Below, one piece after another: positions 42,626 through 51,458 of a DNA stretch of 64,000 bases. A model generated the notes under the pieces. That model made no database searches. It saw only the letters and a list, made by a program, of their open reading frames with translations, and was not told the DNA's origin. The translations under genes were made by a program, and so were the position numbers. The stretch is from IMG/VR virus record IMGVR_UViG_3300023202_000142, positions 32,001-96,000 of that record, one strand, 5' to 3'. This stretch comes from a virus. Positions within the stretch are counted from its first letter, which is position 1. Every line of letters begins with the position of its first letter.

Positions 42626-42860
42626 ATTGGTCTCGGACACGAGCTTCCGCAAAGTCCTCAGCGATGTGCTCATGCATGCCAGCCGTAATGAAGGCCGCGG
42701 TGAGCATATGAAAGGTCATTTTGGCCCGGAAGCTGTTGTCGGTCCGCACATCCTCGACAGGGGTCGCACCCGGGTGCAGTTGTACCTGCAGCGTTTGAGT
42801 TGGGGCCTTTCGTCGTAGTTCACGACCCTGTCTTCGTAGTTCTTGGTAGTCGATGTTCAT
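42585..42860 (-). CDS. hypothetical protein
   Basis: ATGA overlap with recombinase stop. Confidence 0.55.
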   Translation of the reverse strand: MNIDYQELRRQGRELRRKAPTQTLQVQLHPGATPVEDVRTDNSFRAKMTFHMLTAAFITAGMHEHIAEDFAEARVRDQFSGSADSGAPGSA

Positions 42861-43531
42861 TCTTCGATGAGACGTTTGACCTGTGTGGGGTGAAACGGCT
42901 TCCCTTTGCGATTTTTCAAGCCGAAGTGAGCCATGGCGCGCGAGATCGATCGGAGCGAGCCCCCTTCTTTTCTGAGCTGCCGCGCAGTTCGGATGGCCTT
43001 CTGTTCGGCCGGATCTTCTATGAGATTGACCCCGTCATCGTCAAGGGCGTACCCGTAGGGGGTTCCGCCACCCGTATACTCTCCACGTGCGCGCTTGCGC
43101 TCCAGCGCTTTGGCGGTCCGCTCCCCAATCACTTTTCGCTCCCACTGCGAGATCGCGATGAGAACGTTGAGTACCAGTTCGCCGGTGGCCGTGCTGGTGT
43201 CGATTTGCTCAGAGATCGAAACGAGCCTGAACTGAGACTCGAAGTAATTCTCCAAAAGGATCGCGAAGTCCTTGACCGAGCGTGTCAGCCGATCGAGTTT
43301 GGCGACGATAACACCGTCGACGTCGCCTGATTTTTTGAGCCGCGTGAGCATTGCTTCCAGCCCCTCCCGGTTCAGGGTCGAGCCGGACACGCCCGCGTCC
43401 ACTTCAACACCGATCAGGTCGTGCTCGAATAGTTTACAGTAGGACCTGATTCGTTCCTCTTGGGCCTCGATGCCTAGCCCAGACTCAGCCTGGGCTTCGG
43501 TCGACACCCGAATGTATCCGATGAGTCTCAT
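42857..43531 (-). CDS. serine recombinase (resolvase/invertase catalytic domain plus short recombinase domain)
   Basis: GYIRVST, DAGVSG, KLDRLTRS, G...PYGY. Confidence 0.93.
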   Translation of the reverse strand: MRLIGYIRVSTEAQAESGLGIEAQEERIRSYCKLFEHDLIGVEVDAGVSGSTLNREGLEAMLTRLKKSGDVDGVIVAKLDRLTRSVKDFAILLENYFESQFRLVSISEQIDTSTATGELVLNVLIAISQWERKVIGERTAKALERKRARGEYTGGGTPYGYALDDDGVNLIEDPAEQKAIRTARQLRKEGGSLRSISRAMAHFGLKNRKGKPFHPTQVKRLIEE

Positions 43532-43540
43532 CGTGACCTC

Positions 43541-43849
43541 CTATCCAGAACACTTGAGTGCCAGACGGACATCCGATCCGGTGTCTTCGAGGACCACGGC
43601 GAAGGAGTTCCGCGAGGCGAAGCGCCGCCCGGTGTCGGGCGAGACGTTAACAACTCGGAACGAGTAGAGGACCTTGTGAGTGCCGACGCTGTAGAAGAGT
43701 CGACCGCGATCAGCATCTATCTCACTGGCGCAAGCGTCAGAGCCGACGACGAGAGTATCGCCTGCGGAGCGAACGCCGTGAACCCGGTGGGCGAGCCCGA
43801 GCGCTTCGAGCGCTTCGGAAAGAGGGACTGCTTCATCGAACCGTGCCAT
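43541..43849 (-). CDS. hypothetical protein
   Basis: RBS GGAGGTAGC. Confidence 0.7.
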   Translation of the reverse strand: MARFDEAVPLSEALEALGLAHRVHGVRSAGDTLVVGSDACASEIDADRGRLFYSVGTHKVLYSFRVVNVSPDTGRRFASRNSFAVVLEDTGSDVRLALKCSG

Positions 43850-43851
43850 TT

Positions 43852-43929
43852 GCTACCTCCTGGTGAGTGGGAAGGCGGGGTGCCCTTCCCGGTGCATCGA
43901 CAATATGTGCACGCCGTGCACAGTGTCAA
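43852..43929 (-). promoter_or_regulatory. promoter TTGACA-N16-CATATT, operator TGTGCACGCCGTGCACA with perfect arms (43906-43922), ACCCCG-loop hairpin 43869-43890, RBS GGAGGTAGC
   Basis: direct motif reading. Confidence 0.85.
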
Positions 43930-43990
43930 GCGAGTTGCTTTGTAGGTTCGCTGGGCTGACAATGCAGCTCGACCAGCACAGGAGAGTAAA

Positions 43991-44242
43991 ATGGCAGACA
44001 AGGCCAAAACAGCGATCAAAGAACTGATGGACACCGACTACAAAAAGCCGGACGCGCACTTCAAGATGGTGCAACTGCTCAAGGGTCTGGCCGCGGCGTC
44101 GAAAAAAGACCAGCAGGCCAAGCTGTTCCTCGACGGTGTCAGCGATGCGCTGACGACGGTAGGTAAGACGGTGCTGAAGGCGTCCGAGAAGGAAGAGTCT
44201 GCCGGTCTTACCGGCGACCTCATCGAGAACTACGTCGGTTGA
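43991..44242 (+). CDS. hypothetical protein with weak C-terminal tag (LIENYVG)
   Basis: AGGAG SD. Confidence 0.7.
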   Translation: MADKAKTAIKELMDTDYKKPDAHFKMVQLLKGLAAASKKDQQAKLFLDGVSDALTTVGKTVLKASEKEESAGLTGDLIENYVG

Positions 44243-44637
44243 GCGATCTCGTGCTCAGTGGTGCGTCGAACGCTTTCGCGTGCTGCGCGGTGCGCGACAC
44301 CGGAATCACCGGAAGACTCCATTACGGCCCGAAAGGTCCTTAGCCACAACAGCTTCATCTCCTGGGGTAGAGTTTCCAGATCTTCTGGTAGATCTGCCTG
44401 GAGCTGTCGCTCTTCGAAATGCTCTACTCTATTGTAGAGGACCTTCAGGCGCGCGTCCGATCGAGCGCGTTTGACCTCGCACACATCGTCCATCATGGAG
44501 CCCTTTCGGCCGGCCTTGATGACGTAGATGCGATCCTCCAGGAACGCAACAATGCGCTCCATGAGACGTTCATTGTTCTTCTCATCGCTCCAGTCGGCCA
44601 GTTCGACCAAATCGTCTACGGTTTCTCTTCGGATCAT
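44230..44637 (-). CDS. hypothetical protein
   Basis: AGGAG SD; promoter TTGACA-N16-CATAAT with operator 44664-44680. Confidence 0.7.
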   Translation of the reverse strand: MIRRETVDDLVELADWSDEKNNERLMERIVAFLEDRIYVIKAGRKGSMMDDVCEVKRARSDARLKVLYNRVEHFEERQLQADLPEDLETLPQEMKLLWLRTFRAVMESSGDSGVAHRAARESVRRTTEHEIAQPT

Positions 44638-44750
44638 GCTGTCTCCTGTGAAGGGCACCATTATGTGCACTCACGTCACACTGTCAACCTGGGGTGCATC
44701 TGAGGTTGGCCGGTGATATACAAGATCATCAAGCCAAGCGGAGAATTGCG

Positions 44751-44957
44751 ATGAAATACATCACGCTGTTGGTATTCGCCCTGTTGCTGCTGCTCGTTGG
44801 ATGCGAGGAGAAGCCGAAACCGGACGCTCCCGAAGAGGACGCCGGAGTTGCAAGGGTCGATGCCGGAACCGAAGAGCCTGCCGCCGCAGATGTTGGTGAG
44901 CAGGCTGATGTCGACAACTCCGACGCGAAAGCGGACGCAGAAGGGAGCAAGGAATGA
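44751..44957 (+). CDS. small acidic lipoprotein with DAG repeats
   Basis: MKY + hydrophobic core + LVGC lipobox. Confidence 0.75.
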   Translation: MKYITLLVFALLLLLVGCEEKPKPDAPEEDAGVARVDAGTEEPAAADVGEQADVDNSDAKADAEGSKE

Positions 44958-45727
44958 CCACGCAGATCGTCGTCACAAACGAAACCGAAGACGTAGCCGA
45001 GGTCCGAACGGTGACCATCGGGTCAGCCGAGGAGGGAGACCTTCACAGCGTCGTGTTCGAGGGAGCCGCGTTCGAGTACGAGGTCGGCGCCGCAGAGACG
45101 CCAACCGACGTAGCCTCGGCGCTCCAGGCTCTGATTGCCGCAAGCGCAATCCCGTTCACTGCTTCGGCGTCGCTCGCTGAAATCGAAGTGACCGCGGACC
45201 GAGCTGGCCGACCGTTCGCGCTCTCAGTCTCGCACCCCAATGACAGTGTTGCGCTGACGACGGCTGCCGAGCAGGCTGTCGATGTACCGCTCCCGGGCGG
45301 CTTCAGTCGTACGGTGCCGGAGGCCGGTCAGGTCAGCCTCCAGGTGAACCTCACTCGACTCCCTCCGGGCGGCCTCCAGGCTCTCAAGGATCTGGAGACT
45401 GCCGGGTTGGTTTCAGTCCTTCCACCCATCGAAGCCCTTCAGGGCGGAGAGGTGGAGAACCTCACGGTCCCCGACGGAGTCACGCTGACGATGTCCAATA
45501 TCGTGGTGAACGGTGACCTCAGTGTTGCCGGAGACCTCACCATGGAAGGGTGCCGCGTTGAAGGTGACGCAGCCATGGCTGCAGGCACGTTGACGGGCGA
45601 GGACTGCTACTTCGGTGGCGATCTCGACAACAACTCTGACCCCGGAACGGTCACTCTCAATGGCGGCCGCGTCATCGGAGCAAAGTCTGGCACGATCACT
45701 CACACGCAGGGTGACTCTGGGTCCTGA
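44954..45727 (+). CDS. Thr/Val/Gly-rich beta protein, probable virion structural protein
   Basis: composition; C-terminal beta-helix-like repeats. Confidence 0.5.
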   Translation: MTTQIVVTNETEDVAEVRTVTIGSAEEGDLHSVVFEGAAFEYEVGAAETPTDVASALQALIAASAIPFTASASLAEIEVTADRAGRPFALSVSHPNDSVALTTAAEQAVDVPLPGGFSRTVPEAGQVSLQVNLTRLPPGGLQALKDLETAGLVSVLPPIEALQGGEVENLTVPDGVTLTMSNIVVNGDLSVAGDLTMEGCRVEGDAAMAAGTLTGEDCYFGGDLDNNSDPGTVTLNGGRVIGAKSGTITHTQGDSGS

Positions 45728-45784
45728 TTCGGTAGGCGAGCAATCGTCTACTGGAACGCGCGCCCCCTCGCGCGTGTAGCCGCA

Positions 45785-45828
45785 CGGGAGCAGACGGGTC
45801 CTCCACCCTGTCTGCTCCCGTTTTATTT
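45785..45828. terminator. hairpin terminator between convergent genes
   Basis: CGGGAGCAGAC/GTCTGCTCCCG stem plus TTTTATTT. Confidence 0.75.
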
Positions 45829-46056
45829 GCCGTGTCCCCTTCGAATGATTACCGGAGGCTCGAAGGGCTCTTCCGGCTCGGAGTCTTCGTCACCGCCTGA
45901 GCGTGTCGACCCCAACAACTCCTCGCGGTTAATTGGAATTTCCTTGGGCGCAACGATGCCGATTCGGACCTGACTTCGACGAATCTCGCGCACTTCGATG
46001 GTGATGTCGTCGCCAACCTGGATTCGTTCGCCGACTTTGCGGGTGAGGGTAAGCAT
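45823..46056 (-). CDS. csrA: CsrA/RsmA-family RNA-binding regulator
   Basis: MLTLTRKVGERIQVGDDITIEV......VRIGIVAPKEIPINREEL; operator 46093-46109 upstream. Confidence 0.92.
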   Translation of the reverse strand: MLTLTRKVGERIQVGDDITIEVREIRRSQVRIGIVAPKEIPINREELLGSTRSGGDEDSEPEEPFEPPVIIRRGHGK

Positions 46057-46107
46057 AGTGTCCTCCGTGACGTTGTGGACGTTCCATGTCGATGTGCACT
46101 CTGTGTA

Positions 46108-46533
46108 CTACCTGGAGCGCAGGGGGTCAAGAAAGTCACGGATCAGAATTGCAGGGCTGCCGCTGCAGGGGTACCTGCCCTGCTCCCAGTTGACGACGGT
46201 CTGTTCGGTAACTCCGCAAGCCAAGGCGAAGCTCTTGAGTGTATCGTCGCGCTGAATGCGCACCCATCGAACCGCGATCGGCGCCAGTGGATTTTCCTTC
46301 AGCATCGGTGAGAGGTCGAGGTCCATGTCGATGTGCTCGATGTACTCACGTACGCCCCAGGGCTTCAGAGCACTGTGGTGCCATCTTGTGCACTGATTAC
46401 TCAGGATTTCACCCCTGCTGTAAACATCCGCCCAGACGCGACCTACTGCTGACACGTAGAACGGGCCATAGTATGTGGTTTCGCCATCGAAAATGTACGC
46501 TTGACCGTCTCGCTCAGCGATTCTGAAACGCAT
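46108..46533 (-). CDS. protein with C-terminal XRE-type HTH
   Basis: TLKSFALACGVTEQTVVNWEQGR. Confidence 0.75.
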   Translation of the reverse strand: MRFRIAERDGQAYIFDGETTYYGPFYVSAVGRVWADVYSRGEILSNQCTRWHHSALKPWGVREYIEHIDMDLDLSPMLKENPLAPIAVRWVRIQRDDTLKSFALACGVTEQTVVNWEQGRYPCSGSPAILIRDFLDPLRSR

Positions 46534-46594
46534 GGCACCTGAACCTGAAATGACCTAACCTGACCGCAGTTCAGAGGTTAACGGAGAGATCGGC

Positions 46595-46888
46595 GTGGAC
46601 ACAGACAAAAATTCGGCGCGTAAGGAAGCTCTGGGGTTTGAGAGGGGATTCGGCCGCACCATTGGACCAAGCCCCCTCGTGGAGAGGGTTGACGCCCTCC
46701 TGGAGAACTTCACGGTCGTCTCGAAGGTTGCGGTGAACATTCCCAAGGCGGTGCGAACAGGTCAGACGCTTGACCCTGTCGATGACGTCCGGGCTGACTA
46801 CACCAAGTACCGCAAGCTGCACTTCTCGAAACGGAAGTGCCCGCCAGAGTGCCCCTTCTGCAAGAGAGCCAAGAAGAATGCTCGTTGA
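46595..46888 (+). CDS. hypothetical protein with internal tag (LVERVDALLEN)
   Basis: GTG start behind GGAG. Confidence 0.6.
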   Translation: MDTDKNSARKEALGFERGFGRTIGPSPLVERVDALLENFTVVSKVAVNIPKAVRTGQTLDPVDDVRADYTKYRKLHFSKRKCPPECPFCKRAKKNAR

Positions 46889-47966
46889 AGACTTCCCTGT
46901 GGAGATCGGGGATGACGAGTTCGACCTCGAATTGAACCCCGGTTCCGACATTCAGCGCGATCACCCCCTGGTCGGTCGGGGGGTCCAGGTGTCGCCAGGC
47001 GCCAACGAAATCCTGGCCAATCGTCGTGGCGATTTGGGTCAAATCCGGGGCGTCGTGGTCAAGCACGGCCAGGTCGCGGGGTTTCTGGTCGATCTCGATG
47101 GCGATATCCTCATGGGCCCCAAGAAGGCGTTCTACTACGACAAGCTGTTCGTCGAGGACGTTCACCTCAACTCGCCCAGGGCGCAACATATCCGTCGCCT
47201 GATGGCTCACTGGTCAGTCCAACGACACTATTTTGGGCCGAACTGGGACGGCATTGAGTACTTTCACTACCAGCTCGCCAAGGCTGTCGACTGGCTCGCT
47301 GTCGAGAGTGCGGGTTGGTACGACTACCCATCCACGCCCAATGACAAGCTCGGCGGCAAGGACTGGCGTCTCATCATTCCCGACGATCGTTCCTACGTCT
47401 CGGTGAACTGCCATAGTCTCGTGCATGACGGAACCTGGTCGTTGTCGACCACGATATTTTCAACACGCGACATCGATGAGACTGCCCTTTCCATGGTCGG
47501 CGGGCGGGACCACTGGGATCGTGTCTTGCGGTGGACGATTGAAACAGCCAGGGCCCTTCAGGAGCCCGGCATTAACTACTCAGACGTCATCGCTGATCTT
47601 ACTCGGAGAATTGACATGCAGCAGAGCCTGCAGCAGCTCTCTGAAGAACTCAGGCCCGCGCTCGCGCGGGCGCACGAACAAGTCTTTGATGAGGAGATGC
47701 GGTGGCCACGATTCAGTATCGGGGCGTCCAAGATCCCCATCGGGGTTGGAAAGATTGGAGTCAGCATCGCGCCTACTGATGAGCACGACTACACCATCAT
47801 CACGGTACACCCCAAGGCGTTCCAGAAACCTGATTACCTCCGCGAAGTAGTTCGGCACGAGTTGATTCACACTGTCATTGACCAGGACATTCAGACGTCA
47901 GCACATGACGACGTGTTCCAGGCATTCGCAGCGGCCGCCGGCCTCCCGGAGAAGTATCGTGACTGA
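46878..47966 (+). CDS. protein with C-terminal SprT-like zinc metalloprotease motif
   Basis: VVRHELIH...AHDDVF. Confidence 0.65.
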   Translation: MLVEDFPVEIGDDEFDLELNPGSDIQRDHPLVGRGVQVSPGANEILANRRGDLGQIRGVVVKHGQVAGFLVDLDGDILMGPKKAFYYDKLFVEDVHLNSPRAQHIRRLMAHWSVQRHYFGPNWDGIEYFHYQLAKAVDWLAVESAGWYDYPSTPNDKLGGKDWRLIIPDDRSYVSVNCHSLVHDGTWSLSTTIFSTRDIDETALSMVGGRDHWDRVLRWTIETARALQEPGINYSDVIADLTRRIDMQQSLQQLSEELRPALARAHEQVFDEEMRWPRFSIGASKIPIGVGKIGVSIAPTDEHDYTIITVHPKAFQKPDYLREVVRHELIHTVIDQDIQTSAHDDVFQAFAAAAGLPEKYRD

Positions 47967-48642
47967 AGGCTATAGCTACATGAAGCCAGGGCAGTACAGG
48001 GTTCCGGCATCGCTGCGAATCACCGAAGCCTGGCGCGCCACGTGGGCCGCTGCACCGTTCCTGGCGATCGTTCTTTTCGGTACGATTTGGGTTGGGTTCC
48101 ACAACGGCTGGGGCACCGGAGGCGCCGCCGCGATGTACCTCCTGCTCGCTATCACGCTGGGTGTTATCGGCTGGGGTGTTTTTCACACCTGGGTTATCTC
48201 CGGCGCAGTGCGCTACGAGGTCGAAGGGATCACGGTAGTTTTCGGTGACGAAGACTACTACGTCCCGCCCGAGGTGTTCGTGGACTTCCTGGAGCGGCAC
48301 GTCTGGGGTAAATTCCAGTTGCTCTTCGACCGAACGCCTGCTGATGTCATGCCGCTCGACAAGATGGGGGTCAACCCCAGGGATCTTACTGACGGCGTTT
48401 TGGTTATCTGTGAAGGTGACGAACCACTAGCGCGCGTGCGTGAGGGAGATGGCTCAGTGCGGATCAAGAATGTGCTGGGTGCAACTCAGCCGTGGAGACG
48501 GTATTCTCGAATTGCAGCACGGGGGTTGCTTGACCCGGGGGTCGGGGGATACGAACTCAAGCTACACTGTTGCCACAAATTGTTTCCCGGGCGCCAAGAG
48601 GCTGACGACATCGCCTGGATGCAGGAGCATGACATCGCATGA
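47959..48642 (+). CDS. membrane protein with 2 TM segments
   Basis: two hydrophobic segments; GTG start overlaps previous stop. Confidence 0.65.
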   Translation: MTEGYSYMKPGQYRVPASLRITEAWRATWAAAPFLAIVLFGTIWVGFHNGWGTGGAAAMYLLLAITLGVIGWGVFHTWVISGAVRYEVEGITVVFGDEDYYVPPEVFVDFLERHVWGKFQLLFDRTPADVMPLDKMGVNPRDLTDGVLVICEGDEPLARVREGDGSVRIKNVLGATQPWRRYSRIAARGLLDPGVGGYELKLHCCHKLFPGRQEADDIAWMQEHDIA

Positions 48643-48983
48643 AGGACCTCGCTGAACAGATCTGGTCGACCATCAAGAAGTGGTGGTGGGTTATCGCTGG
48701 CGCGCTCGTGGCAATTCTCGGTTGGCTCCTGTTGGCGCCTCGCGGCAAAAAGCCACAGTCGAAACAGGATCTGCTCAAAGTTCCGCCAGAGACGGCCGTG
48801 GATTCGTTGCGCCAAGTTGCGGTACTGGAGGCCGAGAAGGCTACGGCCGACGCGTTGATTGCGAAAGCGAAACGGGATACAAAAGTCGAAGTCAAACGGA
48901 AGGAACTGGACCGCATCAAGTCGGAACCGGACCCCGTCGTCCGGCGAAAACGTCTTGCGGCATGGGCCACCAAGAACCTGTAG
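48639..48983 (+). CDS. N-terminal TM plus coiled-coil protein, i-spanin-like
   Basis: WWWVIAGALVAILGWLLL followed by helical domain. Confidence 0.55.
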   Translation: MKDLAEQIWSTIKKWWWVIAGALVAILGWLLLAPRGKKPQSKQDLLKVPPETAVDSLRQVAVLEAEKATADALIAKAKRDTKVEVKRKELDRIKSEPDPVVRRKRLAAWATKNL

Positions 48984-48994
48984 GAGACCATCAG

Positions 48995-50107
48995 ATGAGC
49001 GACATCCTGAACCGAATCGACAACGTGCTCGATGAGGCTTCGTATCGGCAGAACGTGTCTCACGGCTCTCCGCTCGACACCTCGACCAACGAGGGGCCTC
49101 AGCTCCCCGCGCATCTCGCCAACACCCTGTCAGTCATGACTGGCATTGACGTCCAGACCGTTGACGCCTTTGTCGAACTGGTTGGCCAGGGCCAGAGCAT
49201 TGCGTCCGCCGCCGCAGAGGTTGGTCTTTCGATCGGCCAGGCACACGACCTCAAGACGGCAATGGTCGACGTTGGGATGAATACCAGTGGCGGTATCATC
49301 GAATCGCACCCGGGTGCAGTCGAAGCACGTCGAACCGCCGATTTCCTCTATCGACTCGCCGAAGCTGCAGATCTCGGAGAGGATGATGCTGCGGGGGTCT
49401 GCGAGGGGCTCGCTCAGGCCGTGAAAGAGGCTGTGTCGGTGTCGGACCTCTTGGGTGGCGGCGGCAGCAAAACCTACGAAGGGCCGAGCCCCGAAGGTGC
49501 CGCAGCAGTCCTGACGTTGGCCCAGGCTATCTTGCTCGACCTTGGCATGGAGGCTGAGTCCGAGAAACTGGAACGCATCAAGAAGAAAATGCGACCCAAC
49601 CGTGCTGCCGTTATGAAGATGGCCGTGAAGCTGTCGAAAAAGGCCAAGCAGCTCGGCCTCATGGAGCACCTCCTCGAAGCCGACGACCCCGGAAACGTGC
49701 CTGATGTCCCCAAGGAAACCGAGCTGAGCCCAAGCGGTTTCCAGAAGTACTCCGGCCTCGATCTTCCCGAAGACGCACGCCAGATCGCACAGACCTACGC
49801 GATGGCGATCTGCGACAACCTGCCGTCATCGCACCCGGGGCGCCTCACATGCACCTTCGGCTCCGCGACCGGCGACGCGAAGAACGCGATGGTCCAGGGC
49901 CGTGATGAGGACGGTAACGAGATGACCGTCACAGTGTCACTGGGCGGCAGTCCGCCGTACGTGATGCTGCAGATCGGCGGAGACCTCGACTCCAGTATCA
50001 CCATGAAGCTGCTCAGCTCGAACTGGATGGCCGCGCTGTCGCTGATGATGCAGCACGTCGTCAGGGGCTTCATGCAGGCGGGCTACACCTACGACGAGGC
50101 GATCTGA
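48995..50107 (+). CDS. tagged acidic protein (MSDILNRIDNVLDEA; internal LMEHLLEA), probable head-associated
   Basis: start reassigned to ATG 48995 behind AGGAG. Confidence 0.7.
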   Translation: MSDILNRIDNVLDEASYRQNVSHGSPLDTSTNEGPQLPAHLANTLSVMTGIDVQTVDAFVELVGQGQSIASAAAEVGLSIGQAHDLKTAMVDVGMNTSGGIIESHPGAVEARRTADFLYRLAEAADLGEDDAAGVCEGLAQAVKEAVSVSDLLGGGGSKTYEGPSPEGAAAVLTLAQAILLDLGMEAESEKLERIKKKMRPNRAAVMKMAVKLSKKAKQLGLMEHLLEADDPGNVPDVPKETELSPSGFQKYSGLDLPEDARQIAQTYAMAICDNLPSSHPGRLTCTFGSATGDAKNAMVQGRDEDGNEMTVTVSLGGSPPYVMLQIGGDLDSSITMKLLSSNWMAALSLMMQHVVRGFMQAGYTYDEAI

Positions 50108-50110
50108 TCC

Positions 50111-50968
50111 GTGTTCCTCGCTGAGAGTTACGCCCTCGACCAGTTACCTTCGCTCGGCTCGCGCATGCGCTTGTCGAGCGAGGGTGTTTCTGGGGAGTTC
50201 GTGTACGCGGGTTTCACTGAGTCCGGGGACATCGTTGCTGTACCACTGGTGCCGTTAGTCAGGATGTCTTCCTGCCAGCCTGTGGCCTGCCCTGGCGCCA
50301 AGGTTCACTACGTCGAGGATGAGGGTAGCCATTTCGACGCCAGGCGTCTCCTGAGCCTTCTGGAGGCGACTGAGTATGAGTCCATTTGGCCCAACAGAGA
50401 TGGTTCTGGCGGCTTCCTTCTGGGTCGTCTCGCCGTAAAGCCCCGAACAGGAGATCTCCTGGAGATTGCTGGCAAACCGATGGTGTTCTGTGGCAATTAT
50501 CGGTCGAAGTGGGTGCTCGCGACACAAGGGGCTCACACCTTTCAGCCCCTTGGGACCGTGACCGCCGAGGGAACCTCCTGGAATATCGCTGTCTTGCCTG
50601 AGCGAGACCACGGATTGCTTTGTGGCCTCATTGAGTCAGACACGGCATCCCGGATTTTTCGAAAAACCACCGATCGTCCTTTCCCTGGATCTCGCGTGCG
50701 CATGCGGGGCGTCGATGGCATGTACTTGCGTTGGGACGGCCGGTTCGGCTTGCACCATCAGGTTGCTTTCCCGATTGAAGAGTCGGCTCGATCGACCATT
50801 GCGACCTTCGATGTGGATCGAATCGTCGAGGTTGACGACACGTCGTATGCGGTTTGCTGGGTGTCGATCAATCAGAACATGAACCTCTTCGAACTACCGG
50901 ATCCTGTGCAGACCCGGCTTGCGCTGCAGATCGCTGACACCCCGTCTTCCTATCGGAGGCATTTGTGA
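50111..50968 (+). CDS. hypothetical protein
   Basis: 285 aa ORF. Confidence 0.65.
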   Translation: MFLAESYALDQLPSLGSRMRLSSEGVSGEFVYAGFTESGDIVAVPLVPLVRMSSCQPVACPGAKVHYVEDEGSHFDARRLLSLLEATEYESIWPNRDGSGGFLLGRLAVKPRTGDLLEIAGKPMVFCGNYRSKWVLATQGAHTFQPLGTVTAEGTSWNIAVLPERDHGLLCGLIESDTASRIFRKTTDRPFPGSRVRMRGVDGMYLRWDGRFGLHHQVAFPIEESARSTIATFDVDRIVEVDDTSYAVCWVSINQNMNLFELPDPVQTRLALQIADTPSSYRRHL

Positions 50969-51456
50969 GACTCCTTGTTCTGTTGTCGGCTCTGCTGCTT
51001 GTCAGTTGCGCTACCACCAAGAAATCGGACCCCCTGGACAAGCCCCAGGTGCAGCTCACCGAACTCAAGGCGCCCCCGGCACCCCTGGAGGACGAAGTTG
51101 TCCCCGTAGACCCCGGCGGTCTCACGGCCGAACAGGCAGCGTGCGTACGGAGCCTGGGCCTTGACCCCGGCGGCTTCGTGATGTCAGAGCAGAAACTCGT
51201 GTCGCTTTCCGAGTTGCGCCTATACGCCGAACAGACCTACTCTGACGGCCTCGCCAACGGTGCGATCTGCACGGCACATCTCGATGCCACCTGGAACCAG
51301 CTCAAGAAGGCCGACAAACTTCTCGATGACATTCACGAGCGCGAGAACTCCTGGTGGAATCGAAACAAGGGGACGATTACCTTCGCCGCAGGGTTCATTG
51401 TGGGCGCCGGCTCGTCGATCCTCATCGTGTACGGCGTCAGCCAGGCAACGGAGTAA
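50965..51456 (+). CDS. lipoprotein with C-terminal TM segment, u-spanin-like architecture
   Basis: LLVSC lipobox; C-terminal FAAGFIVGAGSSILIVYGV. Confidence 0.6.
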   Translation: MRLLVLLSALLLVSCATTKKSDPLDKPQVQLTELKAPPAPLEDEVVPVDPGGLTAEQAACVRSLGLDPGGFVMSEQKLVSLSELRLYAEQTYSDGLANGAICTAHLDATWNQLKKADKLLDDIHERENSWWNRNKGTITFAAGFIVGAGSSILIVYGVSQATE

Positions 51457-51458
51457 TC

